A stretch of 64,000 nucleotides of DNA from Eledone cirrhosa (taxonomy: Eukaryota). Under the pieces are notes generated by a model. That model made no database searches, was not told where the DNA came from, and saw only the letters and a list, made by a program, of their open reading frames with translations. The stretch lies in contig OZ024766.1 of NCBI GenBank assembly GCA_964016885.1, positions 4,340,001-4,404,000 of the forward strand, read 5' to 3'. Of the stretch, positions 1 through 11,955 are shown piece by piece. Numbering within the stretch: position 1 is the first letter of the stretch; each line of letters opens with the position of its first letter. The position numbers and the translations under genes are program-made.

Positions 1-2
1 GC

Positions 3-1328
3 TGTGAGATATGTGGGAAATATTTTTCTTCAAATACTCATCTTGTTCGGCATATATGTTGTCACACTGGAGAAAAAAGTTTTCTCTGTGAAATATGTGG
101 GAAATTTTTCACAGAGAAACAAACTCTTGTTCGGCACATACATAATCACAGTGGGAAAAAACCCTTCCACTGTGAAATATGTGGGAAAAATTTCGCTGTC
201 AAAACTAATCTTATTAAACATAAACATAGTCACACTGGAGAGAAACCATTCCACTGCGAAATATGTGGAACATCTTTCACTGGGAAATCTAATCTTGTTT
301 GTCATGTACGTACCCACACAGGAGAGAAACCTTTCCACTGTGAAATATGTGGGAAAACTTTTGCTGTGAAAACTAATCTTATTAAACACAAACGTAGTCA
401 CACTGGAGAGAAACCTTTCCACTGCGAAATATGTGGAAAATCTTTCACTGTGAAATCTAATCTTGTTAGGCATATACGTAGTCACACCAGAGCAAAACCT
501 TTCCACTGTGAAATATGTGGGAAAACTTTTACTGAGAAAACTTTTATTAGGCATATACGTAGTCACACTGGAGAAAAAAGTTTTCACTGTGAAATATGTG
601 GGAAATTTTTCAAAGAGAAACATAATCTTGTTCGGCACATACATAATCACAGTGGGAAAAAACCCTTCCACTGTGAAATATGTGGGAAAAATTTTACTGT
701 GAAAACTAATCTTATTAAACACAAACGTAGTCACACTGGAGAGAAACCTTTCCACTGCGAAATATGTGGAAAATCTTTCACTGTAAAATCTAATCTTGTT
801 TGTCATGTACGTACCCACACAGGAGAGAAACCTTTCCACTGTGAAATATGTGGGAAAACTTTTGCTGAGAAAGCTCATCTTGTTAGGCATATACGTAGTC
901 ACACTGGAGAGAAACCTTTCCACTGTGAAATATGTGGGAATTCTTTTGCTGATAATGCTGTTCTTACAGTTCATAAAAGAAGACACACTGGAGAGAAACC
1001 CTATCACTGTGAAATATGTGGGAAATATTTTACTATAAGTGGTGCTTTAACTGAACACAAAAGAACGCACACTGGAGAGAAACCCTATCATTGTGAAATA
1101 TGTGGGACATCTTTTGCTTCTTACAGCACTTTATTTGCACACAAAAGAACACACACTGGAGAAAAACCCTATCAGTGTGAAATATGTGGGAAATATTTTT
1201 CCTGTAGCAGTCACTTAATTGTACATAAAAGAAGACATACAGGAGAGAAACCTTATCCCTGTGAAATATGTGGGAAATCTTTTGTCTCTAAAGGTGACTT
1301 AGGTAAACACAAACGAACACACATTTAA
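3..1328 (+). CDS. C2H2 zinc-finger array protein, subfamily A, 5'-truncated by the window edge (at least 16 fingers)
   Basis: The frame is open from position 3 (tgt gag ata tgt ggg aaa = CEICGK) into the 366..1328 ORF. There are 16 CxxC-x12-HxxxH units with TGEKP-type linkers; one finger is one residue short. Confidence 0.93.
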   Translation, partial: CEICGKYFSSNTHLVRHICCHTGEKSFLCEICGKFFTEKQTLVRHIHNHSGKKPFHCEICGKNFAVKTNLIKHKHSHTGEKPFHCEICGTSFTGKSNLVCHVRTHTGEKPFHCEICGKTFAVKTNLIKHKRSHTGEKPFHCEICGKSFTVKSNLVRHIRSHTRAKPFHCEICGKTFTEKTFIRHIRSHTGEKSFHCEICGKFFKEKHNLVRHIHNHSGKKPFHCEICGKNFTVKTNLIKHKRSHTGEKPFHCEICGKSFTVKSNLVCHVRTHTGEKPFHCEICGKTFAEKAHLVRHIRSHTGEKPFHCEICGNSFADNAVLTVHKRRHTGEKPYHCEICGKYFTISGALTEHKRTHTGEKPYHCEICGTSFASYSTLFAHKRTHTGEKPYQCEICGKYFSCSSHLIVHKRRHTGEKPYPCEICGKSFVSKGDLGKHKRTHI

Positions 1329-1349
1329 GGGAAAGGTTTTAACTGAAAC

Positions 1350-1812
1350 ATGAGAGGGTCATGGGATCAGAGTCCTCAAACACACCTCCCAGCGGGTCCT
1401 ATCAGAAGCAACTGTCGCCAGCTGATCCGACACGATCCCCAAGCGAGACCAACCAAGTTAATGAATGTTATCCAACAATCTTGCTCGGTTGGTTTTGCCC
1501 TTAAAATCTGTCCAGTGATTCTTTCTTGTGACATACTAATTACAAGCCCATAGTATCGGAGCTGTGATCTCTCAATTCAGAGATTCTTTCCTGAGACATT
1601 CTCACTACATGTCGATAGTTTCCGAGCTGAGATCTCTCAATTCAGAGATTCTTTCCTGAGACATTCTAACCACATGTCTGTAGTATCAGAGCTGTGATTC
1701 CTCAATTCAGAGAAGTAGCAACTCTACCTGAGGTGACTCTTTGATCTCCGAGTTACGCACTTTATCGAGTAATGTTACTCCAAAGACCCTTCAGAGGAAC
1801 CCCATTTCGGTC
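1350..1812 (-). mobile_element. RTE-clade (Expander/Rex3-like) LINE 3' fragment with ~3 tandem copies of a 60-bp internal unit
   Basis: The minus strand reads LRIERSQL-YYRHVVRMSQERI, resembling the RTE C-terminal IERSQLRW-GH--RM motif. It is homologous to 37160-39890. Confidence 0.7.
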
Positions 1813-1969
1813 GCCTAACTCTTACAAATATAAATTTATTGTCCACTAACATCATCAAGGAACCCATAGCAGTTCCAGTCTCCAAACATTGCTTGTCATT
1901 TTGTAAACAGGCAAGTTCATATTTTATCTATGGAATATATCATGGAGGCACATCTATGGAATATATCAT

Positions 1970-2312
1970 GGAGGCACATGGCTTAGTGGTTAGAGCATTG
2001 GCCTTGCAATCGAAAGGGGAGTTCAATTCTCAGACCGGATGATGTGTTGTTTCCTTGAGCAAGACACTTTATTTCACATTGCTCCAGTTTACTCAGCTGT
2101 AGAAATGAGATGATAGGGACTGGGGTCCCTATCATTCCACTGCAAAGTGGTCGTGCAGGTGACACGGCAAAAAAGCAGCCAGCACTCACTGTAAATGAGG
2201 TTGGTGTTAGGAAGGGCATCCAGCTCTAGAAATCAAGCCAAAAATCAGTTCCCGTCCCACCCTTGCAAGCAGGGAAAAAGCGGACGTAAAATGAAATGAT
2301 GATGATGATGAA
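1970..2312 (+). mobile_element. tRNA-derived CORE-like SINE with RTE-type 3' tail
   Basis: A-box-like TGGCTTAGTGG, B-box-like GAGTTCAATTC and a MIR-core-like ccttgagcaagacacttt...cagtttactcagctgtagaaatgag segment. Ends in gcggacgtaaaatg..(gat)n. Several copies occur in the window. Confidence 0.8.
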
Positions 2313-2339
2313 ATACAGTTTAATAGAAAAAGAAAATTT

Positions 2340-2828
2340 AGAATGCTCCGATGGATGTGCAATGTCAATGTCCGTGAACAACCAAGCATAGACGTGTTGA
2401 GAGTGAAACTGTATAAGAGGGATAAGTTGTAGTGTGTAGGAGAGAAGACTGTGTTGGTATGGACATGTGATGTGCATGGAGGATGACCGCTGGGTAAAGA
2501 AGTGCCAAGAAATCCCAGTAGAAGGAAGACGCAGTAGAGGAAGACCATGAAAAACATGGGCGGAGGTGGTGGGAGAGAAGACTGTGATGGTAAGGACATG
2601 TGATGTGCATGGAGGATGACTGCTGGGTAAAGAAGTGCCAAGAAATCCCAGTAGAAGGAAGACCACGGAAATCATGGGCGGAGGTGGTGAGAGCTGACCT
2701 CAGATCACTGAAGCTCATGGTGGAAATGAATAGGGACCGTGACAAGTGGAGAGATGCTGTGCTGAATAGGACCTGTCCCACCCTTGCAAGCAAGGAAAAG
2801 CGGACGTAAAATGATGATGATGATGAAG
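2340..2828 (+). mobile_element. RTE LINE 3' end fragment with an internal duplication
   Basis: Translates to MLRWMCNV...RRLCWYGHVMCM...VEGRRSRGRP-KTW, then a stop and a (gat)n tail. Confidence 0.8.
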
Positions 2829-3127
2829 AATGGAATGTGAAATAGGAAAATATAAATAAAAAATAAAATAAAACGGAAAAGGGAGAGAATGGCAAGGAAT
2901 CTATTGTCACAAGAATAGTGAGGGGGGGGAGCTCTGGGCCTAGGGCTGCGCCTCATGGACATGGGCCAGTGACAACTGCTGCAACAGTAACCCCACTTCG
3001 CGGGGCTCCTTCCTTAGATGGGCCCCTGATGTTGGAATTAAATTCTTGTTCATATCTATTCCTTGTCTTCTTGAAGTCATTTTTAATCTATGCAAGAATT
3101 TTCAGGGGTCTTTCTCATTTTTGCTGA

Positions 3128-3900
3128 CACCCACATTCCCTGTTGTAGTGTTTAATTGAGGGCCCCTCTATCGCTTGATATAATGCGGTGTGTGTCTTGT
3201 GGCAGAAAATTTAGAGGGCCTCACCCACATTCCCTGTTATAGTGTGTTATTAAGGGACCCTCTATCACTTGATATAATGCGGTGTGTGTCTTGTGGCAGA
3301 AAATTTAGAGGGCCTCACCCACATTCCCTGTTATAGTGTGTTATTAAGGGACCCTCTATCACTTGATGTAATGCGGTGTGTGTCTTGTGGCAGAAAATTT
3401 AGAGGGCCTCACTCACATTCCCTGTTGTAGTGTGTTATTAAGGGACGCTCTATCACTTGATGTAATGCGGTGTGTGTCTTGTGGCAGAAAATTTAGAGGG
3501 CCTCACCCACATTCCCTGTTGTAGTGTGTTATTAAGGGACCCTCTATCACTTGATATAATGCGGTGTGTGTCTTGTGGCAGAAAATTTAGAGGGCCTCAC
3601 CCACATTCCCTGTTATAGTGTGTTATTAAGGGACCCTCTATCACTTGATATAATGCGGTGTGTGTCTTGTGTAGTAATTCTAGAAGGATCACCAACATTC
3701 CCTGTTATAGTGTATAATTAAGGGACACTTTATCACTTGATGTAATGCGGTGTGTGTCTTGTGGCAGGAATTCTAGAGGGATCACCAACATTCCCTGTTG
3801 TTGTATGTTATTAGGAAACCCTCTACCATGTGGGATAATTCTGTGTCTGTGTCGGAAATTTTAGAGGGCATTACCAACATTCCTTGTTTGTAATAGAGGG
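3128..3900 (+). repeat. 94-bp ZNF 3'-UTR-associated minisatellite, ~8 copies
   Basis: cacccacattccctgtt recurs at 3128, 3222, 3316 and onward (period 94). Confidence 0.9.
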
Positions 3901-4214
3901 ACCCTCTTCTTGAAGTCATTTTTAATCTATGCAAGACATTTCATCCTTTTTTTTTTCTTTTGCCAACAATAACATACCCTGTTGTGTGAAATGGAGGCAC
4001 CATTAATCCCCTGAGATAATGCTGTGAATGTCTTGTCCTGTATTAATATAGTGTTGGAGACCTCTGACATTGTTTGTCCACAAACCACCTCCCTAGTCAC
4101 TGTTATCAGGTGTAGGCCATCCACAAAGGTGAGTTATATGGAGTGGAGTGGCTTATAGTAATTAGTTGGTGAGGGGATTGTGTTGTGGTGTTGATTCATT
4201 TGTTGCGTGTGTGC

Positions 4215-5270
4215 TCACTTGTAGCCTGCTGTGTTGTGTAATACAGTGTCATGTGGTCACTGTGGTGTGGTACAGTGTGACCAGAAGTTACATGTCTTGT
4301 AGCTTGCTGTGTGGTGTGGTACAGTGTGACCAGAAGTTACATGTCTTGTAGCTTGCTGTGTGGTGTGGTACAGTGTGACCAGAAGTTACATGTCTTGTAG
4401 CCTGCTGTGTGGTGTGGTACAGTCTGACCAGAAGTTACATGTCTTGTAGCCTGCTGTGTGGTGTGACCGGAAGTTACATGTCTTGTAGCTTGCTGTGTGT
4501 TGTGGTACAGTGTGACCAGAAGTTACATGTCTTGTAGTTTGCTGTGTGGTGTGGTACAGTGTGACCAGAAGTTACATGTCTTGTAGCTTGCTGTGTGGTG
4601 TGGTACAGTGTGACCAGAAGTTACATGTCTTGTAGCTTGCTGTGTGGTGTGGTGTGGTACAGTGTGACCAGAAGTTACATGTCTTGTAGCTTGCTGTGTG
4701 GTGTGGTACAGTGTGACCAGAAGTTATATGTCTTGTAGCCTGCTGTGTGGTGTGGTACAGTGTGACCAGAAGTTACATGTCTTGTAGCCTGCTGTGTGGT
4801 GTGGTACAGTGTGACCAGAAGTTACATGTCTTGTAGCTTGCTGTGTGGTGTGGTACAGTGTGACCAGAAGCTATATGTCTTGTAGCTTGCTGTGTGGTGT
4901 GGTACAGTGTGACCAGAAGTTACATGTCTTGTAGCTTGCTGTGTGTTGTGGTACAGTGTGACCAGAAGTTACATGTCTTGTAGCTTGCTGTGTGGTGTGG
5001 AACAGTGTGACCAGAAGTTACATGTCTTGTAGCTTGCTGTGTGGTGTGGTACAGTGTGACCAGAAGTTACATGTCTTGTAGTTTGCTGTGTGGTGTGGTA
5101 CAGTGTGACCAGAAGTTACATGTCTTGTAGCCTGCTGTGTGGTGTGGTACAGTGTGACCAGAAGTTACATGTCTTGTAGCTTGCTGTGTGGTGTGGTACA
5201 GTGTGACCAGAAGTTACATGTCTTGTAGCTTGCTGTGTGGTGTGGTACAGTGTGACCAGAAGTTACATGT
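4215..5270 (+). repeat. 49-bp minisatellite, ~21 copies
   Basis: Unit cagtgtgaccagaagttacatgtcttgtagcttgctgtgtggtgtggta at 4273, 4322 and onward. Confidence 0.95.
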
Positions 5271-5274
5271 GCAC

Positions 5275-5962
5275 TACAACTCGTCAAAGGTGTATGTATA
5301 GTACATAGAATAATATACAAATGTTAGGGAAGTGGATAGTGTATGAGACATGATATACATGTGTGTATGTGTATGGAGGGGGGGGGGGGGGACATCAGGT
5401 GTAGTGTTGGCGAATCTCAGGAAGCATGGAGGTTTTAAAGGATGCAATGTCTCGACAGCTAACAACTGATGCAGGTAGTTGGTTCCATGGAGGTTTTAAA
5501 GGATGCAGTGTCTCGACAGCTAACAACTGATGCAGGTAGTTTGTTCCATGGAGGTTTTAAAGGATGCAGTGTCTCGACAGCTAACAACTGATGCAGGTAG
5601 TTGGTTCCATGGAGGTTTTAAAGGATGCAGTGTCTCGACAGCTAACAACTGATGCAGGTAGTTTGTTCCATGCTTCAGCAACTCTGAGCGTGAAAAAATG
5701 TTTCCGAAAGTCATGGGAACTGTGCTGTTTTCTTACTTTGTGGGCATGTCCACGTGTGTTAGACACATGGAAATCAAAAAGGTTCTCAGGGTTGTTGTTG
5801 GCAAGATGGTTAACAATTTTGTGGGTGTTTACCAAGTCAGTTGCCAGACGTCAGAGCTTCAATGTATCCATGCCCAGGGAAGCAATGCGTTCATAGTATT
5901 GTAGATGCCTGATGGAGGGTATTCGCGTGGTTGCACATCTCTGAACAGTTTCCAGAGGTCAA
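5275..5962 (-). mobile_element. CR1-clade LINE 3' fragment with ~4 tandem copies of a 61-bp unit
   Basis: ORF 5581..5835(-) contains NTRGHAHKVRKQHSSHDFRKHFFTLRVAEAWNKLPASVV...SFK, the typical CR1 ORF2 C-terminus. Confidence 0.85.
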
Positions 5963-6397
5963 TGTTTCTTTCTTATTTCCTCTTCTCCGGAAGAAATCTG
6001 CTGTACTCAGGCCTGAAGATGGATGGGTTCCGTCAGGCTTTAAAAAATACCCAAGAGACGCCGTATGTCACTACGGCGCACCTACAACTCTAGCAGGAGT
6101 TACGGGACCATATATACATACATATTTGTCCTACCATTTGAAATTCTACTGAAACCATCCTAGAACAACACAGTAGTGTTTCAATAGAGCTGTTATTTAT
6201 CAAATCATTTATTTAACTAAACATAGAAGCAGAAAACCAGACGTTACTATCTTCACAAAGAAAACACAAACTAGGAAATCAATTCAATATCGAACTTAAT
6301 AACTTATTAATTACTGCAAGGGGAGACAACACCGACTTAATTCAAGACTCGCTATTTTCGAGAATACGTATATTCAACTATAATAATTCCAGCCATA

Positions 6398-6433
<36 letters not shown>

Positions 6434-6533
6434 TATGATACCCATACAATCACTAATACTCTTTTATTCCTAATTAAACCATTTTTCAACTGTGAACAAT
6501 TTGTCAGCATTTTCTATTCCGTTTACCAATATA

Positions 6534-6569
<36 letters not shown>

Positions 6570-7835
6570 ACTGTTTCTACTTTAGGCACAAGGCCAGCAA
6601 TTACCCAGTGCATTACTGGTACTTTATTTTATCGACCCCGTAAGGATGAAAGGCAAAGTTATATATATATATAATTGTTTCTACTTTTGGCACAAGGCCA
6701 GCAATTACCCAGTGCATTACTGGTACTTTATTTTATCGACCCCGTAAGGATGAAAGGCAAAGTTAACCTCGGCGGGATTTGAACTCAGAATGGCAAGGGC
6801 CGTAACTATGCGTCAAAGCATGGCGTCCGACTCTCTACCGATACTGCCAATCCCCCCTCATATATATATATAATGGCGATGAATTTGTTTTGCAAGTTTT
6901 AATATGAAATTCGTGTGTCGAAACAAATATTGCTATACTTGGAGAGGGTCATATTGTTGTAATAATATTGCCAGAAATAATAACAGAACACACTCGCTGT
7001 TTGGTTGGTTGTCACTTCTGTGTCTTTTATATCTCCATAGTTAGTTCATTTGGCCATCAATCGTTGGTCAGTCAGTGATAAACATTGATGGCCAAATGAA
7101 TTAACTATGGAGATATAAAAGATACAGAAGCGAAAACCAACCAAACAGTGAGTGTGTTCTGTTATTATTTCTGGCAATATTATTACAACAATATGACCCT
7201 CCCCAAGTATAACAATATATATATATATATAAACATTGATTGCCAAATAAATTAACTATGGAGATATAAAAGATACAGAAGCGAAAACCAACCAAACAGT
7301 GAGTGTCTTCTGTTATTATTTCTGGCAATATTATTACAACAATATGACCCTCCCCAAGTATAACAATATATATATATATATATAAACATTGATTGCCAAA
7401 TAAATTAACTATGGAGATATAAAAGTTACAGAAGCGAAAACCAACCAAACAGTGAGTGTGTTCTGTTATTATTTCGATATGACGGTGGATTGGCAGTATC
7501 GGCGGAGGGTCAGACGCCATGCTTTGACGCATAGCGTTACGGCCCTTTCCATTCTGAGTTCAAATCCCGCTGAGGTCAACTTTGCCTTTCATCCTTACGT
7601 AGTCGATAAAATAAAGTACCAGTAATGCACTGGGTAGAAACAATTATTACAAAAATATGACCTTCCCCAAGTATAACAATATATATATATGTGTATATAT
7701 ATATATATTCATATTTTTTGTATAATTGTTTCTACTTTAGGCACAAGGCCAGCAATTATCCAGTGCATTACTGGTACTTTATTTTATCGACCCCGTAAGG
7801 ATGAAAGGCAAAGTCAACCTCGGCGGGATCTGAAC
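6570..7835. mobile_element. Cluster of second-family tRNA-headed SINE copies (Meta-domain-like): ~6570-6855 (-), 7481-7645 (+), 7725-7835 (-), with a ~170-bp repeated element between them
   Basis: B-box GAGTTCAAATCCC is followed by gaggtcaactttgcctttcatccttacggggtcgataaaataaagtaccag. The family recurs at 18543, 40272, 45190, 45678 and 53180. Confidence 0.75.
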
Positions 7836-7849
7836 TATTTTTTGTATAA

Positions 7850-8320
7850 TGGAAGGTGTTTCTGAATGTATTAAATTATGTTGGGGACTTTTAACTTATG
7901 ACACCGGTGTCGTTCAGGAAGCGAACCATTGTCAACAACTCCACGTACCTGCCATCTTAATACAACTTTAATTAATCTAATTATATCTTGTGTAGCAATT
8001 ATCTCATGTTAAGGTGAAAGTTAATATTGTGTAGATAACATAGAGTGAGCTACATGTTCCAGGGTAGGTGTTCCATCTCCTACATGATTAAATATTTCAT
8101 TTCATGAGAAACTACGCTACATCGTGAATTGGTTGTTCCACATTTTACAGGACAGTGAGAAATAGGTTTAAATCACCAACATCTGAACAATTAGCTTTCC
8201 TGGTCTTTCTTGACTTTACATTTGGACTTGAAATATAAAGTACGTATTATTTGTATTGTTAACACAGCAGATATTGTGTACTTTTCTACACTCCGTGGTA
8301 AACAATCCTAATTTATTAGG
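7850..8320 (+). promoter_or_regulatory. Conserved upstream block of subfamily A ZNF genes (putative promoter / 5' UTR exons)
   Basis: Near-identical to 12628-13100 and 19210-19670, each just upstream of a ZNF ORF. Contains GCCATCTT (YY1-like), a candidate acceptor ttttacag and a candidate donor aaa|gtacgt. Confidence 0.55.
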
Positions 8321-8530
8321 ACAATATATAGAAACAAACATTTATTTAGACGGTCATATGGTACGTTCATTCTCGCAAATATAATAATTTCTTGTGCCTT
8401 TGTATACACACAGAAAAACATATATACATAAATATATGTAGACACAAACACGCACAAGGTTTGTGTTAGAGTGAAGTCTTACGTTGATATATATATATTC
8501 TGAACATTTCAAAATTCTTCAAGAATTACT

Positions 8531-9433
8531 ATGGAGGACGTTAAACACTTGGACATTTCTAACACAGTTGTTTCTACCAATATAGATACAGTTACACAGA
8601 TATACAGTGATGATAAACCATTACCTAGTGAAACATGTACTAAACAAGGATCTTTACACAGAAATATTTCTAAATATAGCTGTAAGGTTTGTAGGAAAAC
8701 TTTATCAGATGAATTATCTGCACACAAACACAAACACACTAAAGACAAACCCTTTCGCTGTGAAATATGTGGTAAATCTTTTGCTTCTAACAGTAATTTG
8801 ACTGTACACATAAGAACACACACTGGAGAGAAACCCTATCACTGTGAAATGTGTGTCAAGTCTTTTGGCGTGAGCAGTGACTTGACTAGACACAGAAGGA
8901 CACACACTGGTGAAAAACCTTATCATTGTGAAATATGTGGAAAATCTTTTGTCATGTGTGGTGACTTGACTAAACACAAAAGGACACATACTGGAGAGAA
9001 ACCCTTCCATTGTGAAATTTGTGGGAAATCGTTCACTCATAGTTCTTGCTTTCATATCCACATACGCAATCACACTGGAGAAAAACCCTACCATTGTGAA
9101 ATATGTGGGAAATCCTTTGTCAGAAACAGTGAGTTGACTACACATAAACGAACACATACTGGAGAGAAACCTTATCACTGTGATATATGTGGGAAATCAT
9201 TTGCACTGAATGGCAATCTTGTTAAACACATACGTACTCATACCGGAGAAAAACCCTACAACTGTGAAATATGTGAGAAAACTTTCTCTCTGAATTCCAA
9301 TCTTATTAGGCACATACAGAGTCACACTGGCGTAAAACCATTTCACTGCAAGATATGTGGAAAATCTTTTGCTCTAAGTCACCACCTTGAAAGGCACAAG
9401 CGTAGTCACACTGGAGATAAACCCTTCCACTGA
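8531..9433 (+). CDS. C2H2 zinc-finger protein, subfamily A (8 intact + 1 degenerate finger), ended by a 2-bp deletion
   Basis: 300-aa ORF with N-terminus [10 protein letters not shown] shared with the 13194 and 19762 genes. Ends cac tga aat atg where the finger consensus is cac tgt gaa ata. Confidence 0.9.
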   Translation: MEDVKHLDISNTVVSTNIDTVTQIYSDDKPLPSETCTKQGSLHRNISKYSCKVCRKTLSDELSAHKHKHTKDKPFRCEICGKSFASNSNLTVHIRTHTGEKPYHCEMCVKSFGVSSDLTRHRRTHTGEKPYHCEICGKSFVMCGDLTKHKRTHTGEKPFHCEICGKSFTHSSCFHIHIRNHTGEKPYHCEICGKSFVRNSELTTHKRTHTGEKPYHCDICGKSFALNGNLVKHIRTHTGEKPYNCEICEKTFSLNSNLIRHIQSHTGVKPFHCKICGKSFALSHHLERHKRSHTGDKPFH

Positions 9434-9693
9434 AATATGTTGGAAAACTTCCACTGAAAAAAGCTGATCTTCTAGTTAACAAAAGAACACACACTGGAGA
9501 AAAACCCTTCCATTGTGAAATATGTGGGAAATCTTTTACACAGAGTTCTAGTCTCATTGACCATATACGTACTCACACTGGAGAGAGACCCTATCATTGT
9601 GAAATATGTGGGAAATCTTTTGTCTCTAAAGGAAATTTAAATAAACACAAACGAACCCACATTGGAGTGAAAGATTTTAACTGTGAAACGTGA
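9434..9693 (+). pseudogene. Out-of-frame remnant fingers of the 8531 gene (1 decayed, 2 intact)
   Basis: [21 protein letters not shown] and [21 protein letters not shown] lie after the stop, ending like the paralogous C-termini (DFNCET*). Confidence 0.85.
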
Positions 9694-9899
9694 GACACCT
9701 TTGTCTTACAAATCTAAACCTATTGTCCACCAACATCGGGAGGGAACCCTTAAAAAATCTAGTCTCCAAACATTGCTTGTCATTTTTGAAATTATATTTT
9801 TAGTTGGAATTAAATTCTTGTTCATATTTATTCCTTGTCTTCTTGAAGTCATTTTTAATCTAGGCAAGAAATTTCAGAGGTCTTTCTCTTGTTTGTCAA

Positions 9900-10497
9900 C
9901 ACCAACATTCCCTGTTATAAGGTGTAATTGAGGGACCCTCTATCACTTGATGTAATGCTGTGTGTGTCTTGTGGCAGAAAATTTAGAGGACATCACCAAC
10001 ATTCTCTGTTTCAGTGTGTAATTGAGGGACCCTCTATCACCTGAGATAGGGGTGTGTGTGTCTTGTCTTTGTTGGAAATTTTAGAGGGCAACACCAACAT
10101 TCCCTGTTATAGTGTGTAATTGAGGGACACACTATCACCTGAGATAGGGGTGTGTGTGTCTTGTCTTTGTTGGAAATTTTAGAGGGCAACACCAACATTC
10201 CCTGTTGTAGTGTATAATTAAGGGACACACTATCACCTAAGATAGGGGTGTGTGTGTCTTGTCTTTGTTGGAAATTTTAGAGGGCAACACCAACATTCCC
10301 TGTTGTAGTGTATAATTAAGGGACACACTATCACCTGAGATAGGGGTGTGTGTGTCTTGTCTTTGTTGGAAATTTTAGAGGGCAACCAACATTCCCTGTT
10401 GTAGTGTATAATTAAGGGACACACTATCACCTGATATAATGCTGTGTGTGTATTGTGGCAGAAAATTTAGAGGACATCACCAACATTCCCTGTAGTG
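9900..10497 (+). repeat. 94-98-bp ZNF 3'-UTR minisatellite, ~6 copies
   Basis: caccaacattccctgtt recurs at 10092 and 10190; same family as 3128-3900. Confidence 0.88.
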
Positions 10498-11049
10498 TGT
10501 AAATTGCCAATGGTGTGATCGATGGTTTACCTTCAATAACATTGGTCGATAAAATAAAATACCAGTCACACACTGGGGTAGATTTAATCGACTTTCCCCT
10601 CCCCCAAAATTGCTGGCCTTGTGTCTAAGTAAGAAACCATTATCACCTTTCAGCAAGATTGACACACTAGGAAGATGGAGATGTATAAGAAGTGTTCCAA
10701 TGATTCTAAAAGTATAGATCAGAAGGCTTAGTTTTTTTTTATACAAAACAATTTGGCATACGTCAAAACGGCCGGTCGCAAAAGTGAAACTAATTTTTGA
10801 CAGTTACGTACACGTTATAAGAGTTATTTAAATTTATATATATAAAATAAAGGAGCAAATAAGAGCATGATATGAAGTCAGTCATGTGTGTGTGCGTGTA
10901 TATATGTGTGTGTGTGTAAACGAATGTAAAAGAATATATGTAGGGCATAGATAAGGTTTCCAAGAATTTACCCACACACACGTGTATATATTATAGTGTG
11001 TATGTGTGCATATATAAGTGTATATGTGTGTGTACTTTTACACACACAC

Positions 11050-11955
11050 AGGCTGTAACTGGCCACTCATACTGCTGTTAAGGTATTGTTCTCAAAATAA
11101 ATAATATCAAAATCTCATATATTTGATATTATGTGAGATAATTATGTAAGATAAAGTCTCTACCATGAAAATACAATAGTATATATAGAGTAATGTAAAT
11201 GTTATGTGAGGTAAAGCCTTTACTGTGAAAATACAATAGTATATATAGAGTAATGTAAATGTTATGTGAGATATTATGTGAGGTAAAGCCTTTACTGTGA
11301 AAATACAATAGTATATATAGAGTAATGTAAATGTTATGTGAGATATTATGTGAGGTAAAGCCTTTACTGTGAAAATACAATAGTATATATAGAGTAATGT
11401 AAATGTTATGTGAGGTAAAGACTTTACTGTGAAAATACAATAGTATATATAGAGTAATGTAAATGTTATGTGAGATATTATGTGAGGTAAAGCCTTTACT
11501 GTGAAAATACAATAGTATATATAGAGTAATGTAAATGTTATGTGAGATATTATGTGAGGTAAAGCCTTTACTGTGAAAATACAATAGTATATATAGAGTA
11601 ATGTAAATGTTATGTAAGGTAAAGACTTTACTGTGACAATACAATAGTATATATAGAGTAATGTAAATGTTATGTGAGGTAAAGCCTTTACTGTGAAAAT
11701 ACAATAGTATGTATAGAGTAATGTAAATGTTATGTGAGATATTATGTGAGGTAAAGCCTTTACTGTAAAAATACAATAGTATATATAGAGTAATGTAAAT
11801 GTTATGTGAGATATTATGTGAGGTAAAGCCTTTACTGTGAAATACAATAGTATATATAGAGTAATGTAAATGTTATGTGAGATATTATGTGAGGTAAAGC
11901 CTTTACTGTGACAATACAATAGTATATATAGAGTAATGTAAATGTTATGTGAGGG
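11050..11955 (-). repeat. 72/60-bp minisatellite inside a TTAA-type MITE remnant
   Basis: Reverse complement of the array at 55370-56620. The flank matches the unamplified MITE at 40083-40487. Confidence 0.88.

Noticed and set aside
30-1007. 325-aa antisense ORF and other antisense or alternate-frame ORFs over ZNF genes
   Set aside because: They are shadows of the 84-bp finger repeat and its codon usage, with no independent protein signal.
1970-2040. tRNA gene
   Set aside because: The A/B boxes belong to a multi-copy SINE head continuing into core and tail sequence; I see no complete cloverleaf.
6005-6085. Hammerhead-like fold (CUGAAGA, stem ugggu/accca, stem cgccgua/uacggcg)
   Set aside because: The core is broken: GAGA instead of GAAA, and CA instead of UH. 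At most a decayed relic.
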